Positions 8,103 to 15,842 of a stretch of 47,766 nucleotides of DNA are shown here, piece by piece; positions within the stretch are counted from its first letter, which is position 1, and each line of letters starts with the position of its first letter. Where the stretch lies: the IMG/VR virus record IMGVR_UViG_3300009100_000005; one strand, 5' to 3'. The DNA comes from a virus. The notes beneath the pieces are model-generated. The model made no database searches and had not been told where the DNA came from. It saw only the letters and a list, made by a program, of their open reading frames with translations. The position numbers were made by a program, and so were the translations under genes.

Positions 8103-9016
8103 CAGTCCTCCGCTGGATAGAATCCTTCTAAAGTTACTTTAGAAGTATCTTCCATCTCTCTTCTGAACTCCATTTCCTCTTCCTCTTCTTGAGCAAACTT
8201 TGGTCGAGTTGAACCAGTCCAGCAACTATCATAGAAGCGACAGAATTTACACTGGCTAGAGTTAGATCGAGTTTCCTCCTTATGGATAAGGCCCAATGGA
8301 TTCTTTCTTCTGATAGCTCTGATTGTATCTCTTAATCGAAGCAATCTATCCTGAATGAAATTCTCATTAGGCACTATTAGGATTGGCGACATTATATCAG
8401 ACGTAGCCCTATTCTTTATTATCAGATAGAACGGCATTCCCATCGCTTTGGTATACCATTGAATCTGACCGTACCATTGGTCTGATATTTCGCCTGTCCT
8501 CTTTATCTTATCCCACGTATACTTTTTGACTGACTTGATTTCTAAGCCGTAGTTCCTGTCTTTGAAAACAAGAACACCATCAATGTGAGATATGATTTTA
8601 AACTTTACTACGTCTACACTATTAGTTTCTTGGTCTTCTATCTCGCAAGCAATATCTGTTATCTTCTCATATTCCGGCTTATTTCCACAAGCCGCAACGT
8701 GTAACCCTCCTTTTTCTAAATGCTCAAAGACTGTAGCCTCGTGTATATGTCCATCATATAACGATGCTTCGGATTCTGCTCCCCTAATAGATGTACTAAC
8801 ACCATTTGCCATTGCTTGATACAAGCAGAGTTGACAAATATTAAATTCGCTGCCGTGAAAGTGACCTCTTACTTTCGCCGGTTTAGCTTTAGCTGCATTC
8901 ATTCTGCACGCTTGGCAAGGCTGACTTTGATCTGATGTCTTTAGCGCCCCGCCATAATATGCATTACGAATGAACCAAGATGTCTCGTCGTTATGCGGCT
9001 TCAGGCTTACTTGCAT
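8102..9016 (-). CDS. Cas4/RecB-like PD-(D/E)XK exonuclease with Cys cluster
   Basis: HIDGVL...LEIKSVK (D...ExK), QWYGQIQWY (QxxxY), N-terminal CQAC and C-terminal CKFCRFYDSC cysteines. Confidence 0.65.
   Translation of the reverse strand: MQVSLKPHNDETSWFIRNAYYGGALKTSDQSQPCQACRMNAAKAKPAKVRGHFHGSEFNICQLCLYQAMANGVSTSIRGAESEASLYDGHIHEATVFEHLEKGGLHVAACGNKPEYEKITDIACEIEDQETNSVDVVKFKIISHIDGVLVFKDRNYGLEIKSVKKYTWDKIKRTGEISDQWYGQIQWYTKAMGMPFYLIIKNRATSDIMSPILIVPNENFIQDRLLRLRDTIRAIRRKNPLGLIHKEETRSNSSQCKFCRFYDSCWTGSTRPKFAQEEEEEMEFRREMEDTSKVTLEGFYPAED
8128..8142. repeat. junction palindrome CTAAAGTTACTTTAG
   Basis: Exact; read as KVTL near the end of 8102-9016; 25 nt upstream of ATG 8102. Confidence 0.95.
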
Positions 9017-9293
9017 TTTTATTCAAGTTGTACACAATAGGCGACAACTGCATATTAGTAGGAGTAACTTCTAGCACTGGAATCTCCTGAGCTACTAAAG
9101 TTACTTTATCCAGTAAGTCGCCTATGTTTTCGGCTTGTACTGTTTCTAACATTCGTATCTCTCCAAACCTAAAAAACCCTAAAGTAAATTTTCCATCTTT
9201 AAATCTGATAACTAGATTGTTAGACAATAGCAGAACAGACAGTTTTTCTAACTTGCTTTTAATTACGTTAGTGCTAATCCAATTCATCGTCAT
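8991..9293 (-). CDS. hypothetical protein
   Basis: 100-aa ORF in the operon orientation; internal motif copy at 9095. Confidence 0.55.
   Translation of the reverse strand: MTMNWISTNVIKSKLEKLSVLLLSNNLVIRFKDGKFTLGFFRFGEIRMLETVQAENIGDLLDKVTLVAQEIPVLEVTPTNMQLSPIVYNLNKNASKPEAA
9095..9109. repeat. palindrome variant CTAAAGTTACTTTAT
   Basis: Core exact; inside 8991-9293. Confidence 0.9.
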
Positions 9294-9492
9294 CGTCCTC
9301 TGGAGTTAGATAAGTTGAAAGACCAGCAGCACCCGATAAGAGTGCTGCCAGTCCCCAAAAGATCCAAACGTCATCCCATCTGTTCAATGCTACCATCAGT
9401 AATGATAGACTGACGCTTACGCTGACAAATATCACAGTAACAAATTGTGTGTACCGGATCAGTTTCTTCAATGTATGGTTCAGGTTGCGCAT
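9274..9492 (-). CDS. small two-TM membrane protein with acidic tail (overlapping ORF)
   Basis: ATG 9492; two clear hydrophobic helices (FVTVIFVSVSVSLSLLMVAL, IFWGLAALLSGAAGL); nested out of frame in the 3' end of 9371-9715. Confidence 0.4.
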   Translation of the reverse strand: MRNLNHTLKKLIRYTQFVTVIFVSVSVSLSLLMVALNRWDDVWIFWGLAALLSGAAGLSTYLTPEDDDDELD

Positions 9493-9715
9493 CTTCACCC
9501 ATCTCAAATTCTATAGTAACATTTTCCGCTAAAGTAACTTTAGCTCTTAAATCACTGACGGTTTGTCGTGATAGTCTCAAGTCGTATATTCTTTTCTGTG
9601 CAATGTTGATTGATTTCTCAAGGTCTTGCGCCTTTAATTCGTATATGTCACCAACTTGCTCAAGGGCACTTAAGATATCATTATGCTCTTCTTCAGACAG
9701 TAGAACTTGCTTCAT
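9371..9715 (-). CDS. hypothetical protein (C-terminal CxCxxC)
   Basis: 114-aa ORF; internal motif at 9529; its last 122 nt overlap ORF 9274-9492 out of frame. Confidence 0.55.
   Translation of the reverse strand: MKQVLLSEEEHNDILSALEQVGDIYELKAQDLEKSINIAQKRIYDLRLSRQTVSDLRAKVTLAENVTIEFEMGEDAQPEPYIEETDPVHTICYCDICQRKRQSIITDGSIEQMG
9529..9543. repeat. junction palindrome CTAAAGTAACTTTAG
   Basis: Exact; inside 9371-9715. Confidence 0.95.
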
Positions 9716-10034
9716 TCTTCCTCTCGAAAGAAACTCCGTACTCGTCTTCGCTTTGTTTTTCTTTGCGGACGAATTCGACTTTGTAAAAGTCGTTGTGAAA
9801 TTGTGTTAGAAATTCATCCACAGTCTCTTCTACTGCATCATAGTTTGGGATAATACCTTTCCATCTATGATTGTCAAGGTACTCAATTGCAGCAACTATA
9901 AACTCTTTTTCGGTAACAAATTCTTTTGGAGGATGATCGAATCCAGCCACGACCATTTCTCCACATTCAGGACAATGAAACATACCTATTGGCTTTCCTA
10001 AATAGGTTTTTGGGTCGAAGCTGCATTCTTTCAT
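9693..10034 (-). CDS. zinc-ribbon protein
   Basis: 113-aa ORF with HCPECGEM; ATGA overlap with the upstream stop. Confidence 0.6.
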   Translation of the reverse strand: MKECSFDPKTYLGKPIGMFHCPECGEMVVAGFDHPPKEFVTEKEFIVAAIEYLDNHRWKGIIPNYDAVEETVDEFLTQFHNDFYKVEFVRKEKQSEDEYGVSFERKNEASSTV

Positions 10035-10405
10035 AGCAGTATACTCGACCCTCTCTTCTGAGACACCTTGTTGAATTTCCTTCTAATTTCTTCTTCCAAT
10101 CTGTATCCCTGGGAAGTTAGAAGTAGATCAGCATATGTTACTGCATCCGCTATCTCTTCTGCTAAGGCATCCTGCATTCTGGCATACCCATCAACTGGAT
10201 CAGTACCGTCTTGCATTCTCCTGATCTTTTTGAGTATGTTCATTGCTTCGCCAACTTCACCAACAAAAGCAATTGACCAATCGAACAAACCCCAATGATG
10301 AATAGGATGAAAAACATCTTCACATCTCCTTAAATTCTGCAATCTAAAATGATCGAACGTAATGCTATCTGTGGTTGCTATCCTGTCAATCTCTTCTGGA
10401 TTCAT
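10031..10405 (-). CDS. MazG-like nucleoside triphosphate pyrophosphohydrolase
   Basis: FVGEVGEAMNILKK and LAEEIADAVTYADLL match the EXXE/acidic helix pattern of the MazG family; ATG 6 nt after motif 10412-10426. Confidence 0.65.
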   Translation of the reverse strand: MNPEEIDRIATTDSITFDHFRLQNLRRCEDVFHPIHHWGLFDWSIAFVGEVGEAMNILKKIRRMQDGTDPVDGYARMQDALAEEIADAVTYADLLLTSQGYRLEEEIRRKFNKVSQKRGSSILL

Positions 10406-10411
10406 TTTCTT

Positions 10412-10426
10412 CTAAAGTAACTTTAG
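10412..10426. repeat. junction palindrome CTAAAGTAACTTTAG
   Basis: Exact; 6 nt upstream of ATG 10405 (minus strand). Confidence 0.95.
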
Positions 10427-10550
10427 TTGTTCGGCTTTATCCTTAGTAAGCTCGAACTTCCTTTTTGGCATAAGCCAATCCGAAAAGGTAAACCTCTTCG
10501 GATTGACTATACGTTTAGCCCTTATTATTTCTATAACCGATTTGGTCCAA

Positions 10551-11687
10551 TCAAAAGGGAATGTCGTCGTCTTCCTCATCTGGCGGAGCAAACGATTGTT
10601 TGTTACTTACTTCAAGTTCAACTTCTGCATCTTCTTTGTCCAGTTGTGCCTTAACTATAGCTTCCACTTCAGCTAACGCAGCTTTGCGAGATTGTGCGTC
10701 TTGCTTCTGCAATTCCTTTTCCTTTTCCTCATAGCTTGAGTCTTCTCCACTAAACTCAAATCCTATGCTGTGCAAGGCCGCCGCCCAATATCGTTTAGCG
10801 ACCTTGATACAGTCTTGATAAGGTTGGAATGTGCCAGCTTCGATATCCGAAACTAGATCGTAAACAACAATCTCAGACGGTACTGATATGGTATAACTTC
10901 CATCTTCTAGTTTTTGTCTAAACCATTTGATCCCAGGTTTGCCACTAACCTGATAAGAGTAAGTGCGTCCTGTCTTTCCTTCGCCTTCTGCGCGTACCGA
11001 AAGGTTTACTCCCTGATACGGATCAAGTGGATTCTCGATAGGTACTTGCTCTTCTTCACCATCTTCATTCTTCGAGCCATATCTTGCTGTTGTTATTGTA
11101 GTTAAAATACTATTCTTAGCTCTAGCAGATGTCAACGTCCAGAGATATAATCCCGGTTCTATCAGCTTAGGTGTCCCTGGTGTTGCGTCATCCTCTTTAG
11201 GATTGCTGCGCCTTACATAATACGAATTAAGATAATAGTTATGTTTAAATTGTATTCTATCTAAAATATCTTTATCGGCATTGGCAGAATGAAGTGCCTT
11301 ACGCCCTTCGCATATTGGACATCCATATTTCTTTGCGAGAGCATAATCAGTCTTCGTTAGCTTACCGTTCTTTGCAAGGAATGATCGAAGTGATCCTTCA
11401 ACTGGTCGCTTCTCGTCGTCTGGTTTCTGCTGAGAGAGTAACCGATCTTCGTGATCGTTTATCATATACTCCCAACATACTACCTTGCGATAATCCTTAC
11501 CTGCTCCGAAGTCGTGTGTTTTACTGTAACGGTAGAAAGTATCGTCAGACTCGTTTCCCAAAGGAAGGAGTCTGACGATGTGAGTTCCCTGAGTGAATTT
11601 CAGGTGTTTAACTTTAGTATATTGTTGATCCGTGAATGATTTCTCTTGCTCGATTATCTTTTCAAGCTTTGAATAATCAACAACCAC
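10551..11687 (-). CDS. T4 gp32-like single-stranded DNA-binding protein with bacterial SSB-type C-terminal tip
   Basis: HIVRLLPLGNE..F, CPICEGRKALH zinc site, YYLNSYYVRR, LYLWTLTS and GVNLSVRAEG run parallel to gp32 blocks; acidic tail ends ...EEDDDIPF. Confidence 0.7.
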   Translation of the reverse strand: MVVDYSKLEKIIEQEKSFTDQQYTKVKHLKFTQGTHIVRLLPLGNESDDTFYRYSKTHDFGAGKDYRKVVCWEYMINDHEDRLLSQQKPDDEKRPVEGSLRSFLAKNGKLTKTDYALAKKYGCPICEGRKALHSANADKDILDRIQFKHNYYLNSYYVRRSNPKEDDATPGTPKLIEPGLYLWTLTSARAKNSILTTITTARYGSKNEDGEEEQVPIENPLDPYQGVNLSVRAEGEGKTGRTYSYQVSGKPGIKWFRQKLEDGSYTISVPSEIVVYDLVSDIEAGTFQPYQDCIKVAKRYWAAALHSIGFEFSGEDSSYEEKEKELQKQDAQSRKAALAEVEAIVKAQLDKEDAEVELEVSNKQSFAPPDEEDDDIPF

Positions 11688-12025
11688 TATTCATCCTCAT
11701 CGAATTGCCACTTCGTACCCTTGTACAGAAGTTCTTCTTGGTCCAAACGAGTTTCTAAAGTAACTTTAGTCTCAGATTCTTTTGCTTTTACCTCAAGTTC
11801 TTTATGTAAGTTAGGGTTAGCCAGCGGCCAGACAATATCTCTGACCGTGATCATTTGCTCTATGAGTTTGTTCATCACCACAACGCTTTCGATGATGAAC
11901 CATCTGCCGCCTACTGCAATGATAACATATCTACCGTTTTCCTCGTACCCAATGATTTCAATATCTGCGTTGTGGGTACGATTTTGGTTTTGAATATGTA
12001 TCGAGACTAGCACCTGTTTTGACAT
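11687..12025 (-). CDS. hypothetical protein
   Basis: 112-aa ORF; internal motif at 11755; stop overlaps the GTG start of the SSB gene. Confidence 0.6.
   Translation of the reverse strand: MSKQVLVSIHIQNQNRTHNADIEIIGYEENGRYVIIAVGGRWFIIESVVVMNKLIEQMITVRDIVWPLANPNLHKELEVKAKESETKVTLETRLDQEELLYKGTKWQFDEDE
11755..11769. repeat. junction palindrome CTAAAGTAACTTTAG
   Basis: Exact; inside 11687-12025. Confidence 0.95.
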
Positions 12026-12572
12026 CTTCTGCTATCTTCTCTACCATTGATGAGAACATATCAGCAATTGATTGTTCGGTTTTGACCATATCAAATCCCT
12101 TAACTTCCATCTCATCATCTTCAATTTTATCATCTAACTTAGCTTCAACATCAAAGGCAATCCTAGAAGGTATCGCAGGAACGTCAGGTTTTGGTTTACT
12201 TTCCGTAACTATCGGAGGAAAGTTCATCTTAGCCAATCTATCAATGAGTTCGTCTTTCGCCTTGTCAGGCAAAGAATGCGCCCAATCAACGCCAGGATGA
12301 TCTACCCAAGATGGTCTGCCATACACGATAAGCCTGTCAACTTCCTCGGATTCGTATCGAAGGATATCGTTTATCTCTACAAAATCTTTTTCAGAGATTA
12401 CGAATTGTGGACCACTTTTCAGTAAGACATCCCATCTAGGTTTCTTATCGACGTATGATACGGGTGTGTATCTGGTGAAGTTGATTTCACTTATCCGTAT
12501 CATCGAGCCGTTCTCAAGCTGGTAGAACTTTAATCGTTTCACTTTCTGGTGGACGACCGTTTGATCCTTCAT
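11958..12572 (-). CDS. hypothetical protein
   Basis: 204-aa ORF; ATG 9 nt after motif 12582-12596 with a fused AGGAG. Confidence 0.65.
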   Translation of the reverse strand: MKDQTVVHQKVKRLKFYQLENGSMIRISEINFTRYTPVSYVDKKPRWDVLLKSGPQFVISEKDFVEINDILRYESEEVDRLIVYGRPSWVDHPGVDWAHSLPDKAKDELIDRLAKMNFPPIVTESKPKPDVPAIPSRIAFDVEAKLDDKIEDDEMEVKGFDMVKTEQSIADMFSSMVEKIAEDVKTGASLDTYSKPKSYPQRRY

Positions 12573-12792
12573 CCAATTCTCCTAAAGTTACTTTAGCCTG
12601 ATCTATCACAGGAAATATGGTTATATTCAAGTGATACTTTGCAGGCTGTCTCTCGTTAGAGTATCCGACTTCTATACTTAGTATGTCGGAATCCATAATC
12701 TCTGGAAGATTAACGTTAGCATCAGCAGAAAGCTCTGCCGGTACTTTTTCAAGGAATGGTGCTATCTTCGCAAAAAACTCTCTTACTCTCAT
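12514..12792 (-). CDS. hypothetical protein
   Basis: 92-aa ORF immediately after the polymerase stop; reads through motif 12582 as KVTL. Confidence 0.55.
   Translation of the reverse strand: MRVREFFAKIAPFLEKVPAELSADANVNLPEIMDSDILSIEVGYSNERQPAKYHLNITIFPVIDQAKVTLGELDEGSNGRPPESETIKVLPA
12582..12596. repeat. junction palindrome CTAAAGTTACTTTAG
   Basis: Exact; fused AGGAG, 9 nt upstream of ATG 12572. Confidence 0.95.
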
Positions 12793-12793
12793 C

Positions 12794-14743
12794 TTACTCC
12801 CATCTATTCAATAATTTAAGATCAATCTCCATTGGGACATTGATGGAGAACTTAAACACGTTACGAATGTAATCCTTAACAGAATGAGTAGAAATGTATC
12901 TAATATCATCTTTGATCTGCTGCATTCTGCTACTGCTACACAACCGTAATTCTGTTAATACGCTGTCGTGGACGGACAGGATTACGTGTCCGTCAACCTC
13001 TGGTATACCAGAAAAATAATGGTCAACTAGGACCATATTTATCAGAGTGTACCATCCTGCGGTACTCTGAATTATGAAGTTGACAGCTTCTCTTAGGGCG
13101 TGTCTTCCCTCGCCAGTTTTGAAATCAGCTAATGGTAGTCGTCGTCTCGACCCTAAAGGGTTTACAATCTCTTTGTATTGGACAACGAATTGCTCTACGC
13201 CTCTTTTCCATTTTACTATGTTTGGATACCGTTCTCGCCAAGCATCGAGCATTTCTTTGCATTGCTCAACGGTCCATTCTACATCATTTTTCGCTAGCTC
13301 TCTTTGGATTCGTTCTGCTGTCGCGCCATAAGCTATACCAAAGTTAACGTTCTTGATGCCTACCCTTAAATTCTTCCACTTCATATAGTTAGGATTGGAA
13401 GAATCTCTGAGCAAGTTTACCATATCGCTATAATCTTGCTTATATATGTCACACAAGACAGCGGTATGAATATCAAGACCGTCTTTAAACATCTGAATCA
13501 TCTTCGGCTCTTTAGCTAGAGCAGCGATGATTCTCATTTCAATCTGCGCAAAGTCCCATTCCATAAACACATAACCGGGAGTGGGAACGAAGATACCTCG
13601 AAAGTCTGATCCTCGTTTCTGATTCTGCATATTCGGCTTCTCTGATGAAAGCCGATTAGTCTCAGTTCCGGTTATGTTAAATGTCGTGTGTACTCTGCCA
13701 TCCCGTTGCAACCATTCTGGTATCTTATTATAATATGTATGATTTAGTTTGAAGTCCTTTTTAAACTTCAGCAACAGATCAACAAACTTAGTATCTTGCT
13801 TGTTCTTTTTAAGATGAACTTGCAAAGACTTGATTGCTTCATAATCTGTGCTTGCAGCTTGAGATAAAGTTACTTTAGGGATTTGGTAGCCGTACTTTCC
13901 GTACAGAATGCCAGCAACTTGATCGTTAGAGTTAGGTGAAAAGGTTGATCCGGCTTGCTCTTTGAGTGCAAATCTAGTCTCCACAAGACCACGTTGGAGT
14001 TCGCCTTGCTTCTTTTTAGCGTACTCACGATCAACTGCGATCCCTCTGTTCTCCATTTTGATAAGAACGGGATAGACTTGTGATGATGCATTGATAACAG
14101 CCTTTAATTTCTGTTCCTCTAATTCCTTATTAAGATCATTCTTCAGACGTAGTGCTGAATCAGCATCGCGTATATTGTAAAGAAGTAGATCCCTTATAGG
14201 CGTCATCTCTGTCTTCTTACGGTCTACGCTTTTTTTGTATTCTACTGGTATGTCAGCATATCTATCTGGAAATCTGTATCTATATCGAGCTACTAAATTG
14301 TCAAGACTAATCCTCTTCTCGTCTTCGTGCAAGAAGTAATTAGCAACCATCGTGTCGTATAACATACAGTTAAGTTCGTGATCGGGTATCTGAAGCTTTT
14401 GCATCAGAAACTTGATGTCGAACTTAATGTAGTGACCGACAAACATTACCGTATCTTCGGCCAGCAACCGTCTCAGACACTCTAATCCAACTAAAGCTAC
14501 TTTAGAAGGATTTACACCCACATAAAAGCCAAATCCTTTGCCTTCTTCGGTTGCAAAACTAATCGAGAGAATGTGTTCTCTTGGACTGAACATATTGAGG
14601 TCAGTCGTCTCTATGTCCAGTCCAGAGACTCTCGGCATTAACTCAAAGCATTTTCTTATTTGATCTAAGTCTTCTGCAAAAGTGTAACCTTCCGGCCACT
14701 TATCTAATGAGGGATAATCAAGACCTAGATATGCTTGCTTCAT
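12794..14743 (-). CDS. family A DNA polymerase with 3'-5' exonuclease domain
   Basis: GLDIETTDL (Exo I), YNIRDADSALRL (Exo III), DFAQIEMRIIA (motif A), NFGIAYGAT (motif B), ILSVHDSVLTE (motif C). Confidence 0.92.
   Translation of the reverse strand: MKQAYLGLDYPSLDKWPEGYTFAEDLDQIRKCFELMPRVSGLDIETTDLNMFSPREHILSISFATEEGKGFGFYVGVNPSKVALVGLECLRRLLAEDTVMFVGHYIKFDIKFLMQKLQIPDHELNCMLYDTMVANYFLHEDEKRISLDNLVARYRYRFPDRYADIPVEYKKSVDRKKTEMTPIRDLLLYNIRDADSALRLKNDLNKELEEQKLKAVINASSQVYPVLIKMENRGIAVDREYAKKKQGELQRGLVETRFALKEQAGSTFSPNSNDQVAGILYGKYGYQIPKVTLSQAASTDYEAIKSLQVHLKKNKQDTKFVDLLLKFKKDFKLNHTYYNKIPEWLQRDGRVHTTFNITGTETNRLSSEKPNMQNQKRGSDFRGIFVPTPGYVFMEWDFAQIEMRIIAALAKEPKMIQMFKDGLDIHTAVLCDIYKQDYSDMVNLLRDSSNPNYMKWKNLRVGIKNVNFGIAYGATAERIQRELAKNDVEWTVEQCKEMLDAWRERYPNIVKWKRGVEQFVVQYKEIVNPLGSRRRLPLADFKTGEGRHALREAVNFIIQSTAGWYTLINMVLVDHYFSGIPEVDGHVILSVHDSVLTELRLCSSSRMQQIKDDIRYISTHSVKDYIRNVFKFSINVPMEIDLKLLNRWE
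13864..13878. repeat. palindrome variant ATAAAGTTACTTTAG
   Basis: Core exact; inside the DNA polymerase gene (IPKVTLSQ). Confidence 0.9.
14491..14505. repeat. degenerate copy CTAAAGCTACTTTAG
   Basis: One mismatch next to the centre; inside the DNA polymerase gene (KVAL). Confidence 0.6.
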
Positions 14744-15177
14744 CGTATCAACATCATTATTAGTCTAGCTATAACGTTAATAGCAGAAGCAGCCAATATC
14801 ACTAAAAGAATGTATTCTATCCAATCCCTTGCAGTCAAAAACTTTTCTATCCTAGCTTTAATTGTAGCTAAAGATATTTTATTCACATCCCTCCTGATAG
14901 GTCTATCTGGAAATTTAGTTAACAAGAACTCAAGTGCGTCAATTGCGCCATCAGCACGCCAATAAAGTCTCTGGCCAGTTTCGGTCGGGCTTTCGCAATA
15001 TTGGGCAGCAGTTTGTTCGCATTCTAACTGATAATCTATTATTATCTTTCTAGCATTGGCGTTGAAGTGGTTCAGCCTTTCCACCAAGTTTATTATTTGC
15101 TTGGCTTGGTGCCGTATCTTCCAGCGCTTTTGCTTCCATTTGTTTTTATTTCTAGGAACTAAAGTTACTTTATTCAT
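14740..15177 (-). CDS. hypothetical protein with C-terminal TM anchor
   Basis: Track ORF starts at TTG 15183; the first ATG is at 15177 and overlaps the upstream stop; motif 15159 is read as KVTL at codons 3-6. Confidence 0.6.
   Translation of the reverse strand: MNKVTLVPRNKNKWKQKRWKIRHQAKQIINLVERLNHFNANARKIIIDYQLECEQTAAQYCESPTETGQRLYWRADGAIDALEFLLTKFPDRPIRRDVNKISLATIKARIEKFLTARDWIEYILLVILAASAINVIARLIMMLIR
15159..15173. repeat. palindrome variant CTAAAGTTACTTTAT
   Basis: Core exact; holds the stop of 15170-15388. Confidence 0.9.
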
Positions 15178-15388
15178 TTTCAAACTGTTCCGTGATTACC
15201 ACGGTTTGTATCTCGCCAGTTGATTTAGATTGAACCTCTATGTCTACCCTCTTAATCGTCATTCCTTGTGGAACAGGTTTGTATATCACATTACTTCTCA
15301 GTATCTGCAACAAGCCTGCCTTCAATTCAGCATCTTCGATTGTGTAAGTTCTCCTTGCGATAGTCTGAAATTGCTCTTTTACTAACAC
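15170..15388 (-). CDS. hypothetical protein
   Basis: 72-aa ORF; GTG start 9 nt after motif 15398-15412 with a fused AGGAG. Confidence 0.65.
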   Translation of the reverse strand: MLVKEQFQTIARRTYTIEDAELKAGLLQILRSNVIYKPVPQGMTIKRVDIEVQSKSTGEIQTVVITEQFENE

Positions 15389-15397
15389 CGTAATCTC

Positions 15398-15412
15398 CTA
15401 AAGTTACTTTAG
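15398..15412. repeat. junction palindrome CTAAAGTTACTTTAG
   Basis: Exact; fused AGGAG, 9 nt upstream of GTG 15388. Confidence 0.95.
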
Positions 15413-15550
15413 TTATAGACCGTTCTTTTTTATGTAGTCGAACAGCCCTTTCATTGCTAACCAACCAAAGAACCAAAAGCCCAATAACATTACGATTAGT
15501 AATGTTATGATTGAACCTATCACGACGATCAAATACCAATACCATTCCAT
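15413..15550 (-). CDS. small hydrophobic membrane protein (45 aa, below track cutoff)
   Basis: My translation is MEWYWYLIVVIGSIITLLIVMLLGFWFFGWLAMKGLFDYIKKNGL; GGTGGAG SD 6 nt upstream; stop TAA directly abuts motif 15398-15412. Confidence 0.5.
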   Translation of the reverse strand: MEWYWYLIVVIGSIITLLIVMLLGFWFFGWLAMKGLFDYIKKNGL

Positions 15551-15753
15551 TGTTCTCTCCACCTTCTGAATCGCTCAGAAGTCTTGTAATAGATACTGTT
15601 GACTGTTGCCATTGGCATAGCATATCTCTTTGCTATGCCTTCCTTAATCTCTTTGCCAGAAGCGTGCCAAGTATGCGCAATTTCGCAATAGATCAGAATG
15701 TTTCTGATTGCGACAGCCCTGTTATCTACCTTTTTGCCAGGGTATGCTGGCAA
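15529..15753 (-). CDS. small helix-turn-helix protein (putative transcription regulator)
   Basis: GKEIKEGIAKRYAMPMATVNSIYYKTSERF resembles an HTH (sigma region-4/LuxR-like); 74 aa. Confidence 0.45.
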   Translation of the reverse strand: MPAYPGKKVDNRAVAIRNILIYCEIAHTWHASGKEIKEGIAKRYAMPMATVNSIYYKTSERFRRWREQWNGIGI

Positions 15754-15820
15754 ATAGTTGGATTGTGATAGCTGAATTGCATACTCTTAACTCTGCCTCG
15801 ACTTGTTCCCACTGAATTCT

Positions 15821-15835
15821 TTAAAGTTACTTTAC
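15821..15835. repeat. palindrome variant TTAAAGTTACTTTAC
   Basis: Core exact; intergenic, just after the primase-helicase stop. Confidence 0.9.
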
Positions 15836-15842
15836 GCCCCAT

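Noticed and set aside
11603-11617. Half-sites and weak matches to the palindrome (for example 11603-11617, 19148-19162, 9178-9192, 23358-23372, 46874-46888)
   Set aside because: Only one arm is preserved, so they cannot be distinguished from chance or decay without statistics. They are not counted among the 66 copies.
15327-15623. Track ORF 15327-15623(-) as a gene
   Set aside because: A 45-aa ORF in another frame (15413-15550) has a strong SD, a clean TM sequence, and a stop abutting the motif. The 98-aa ORF would overlap two neighbours and reads through the junction motif.
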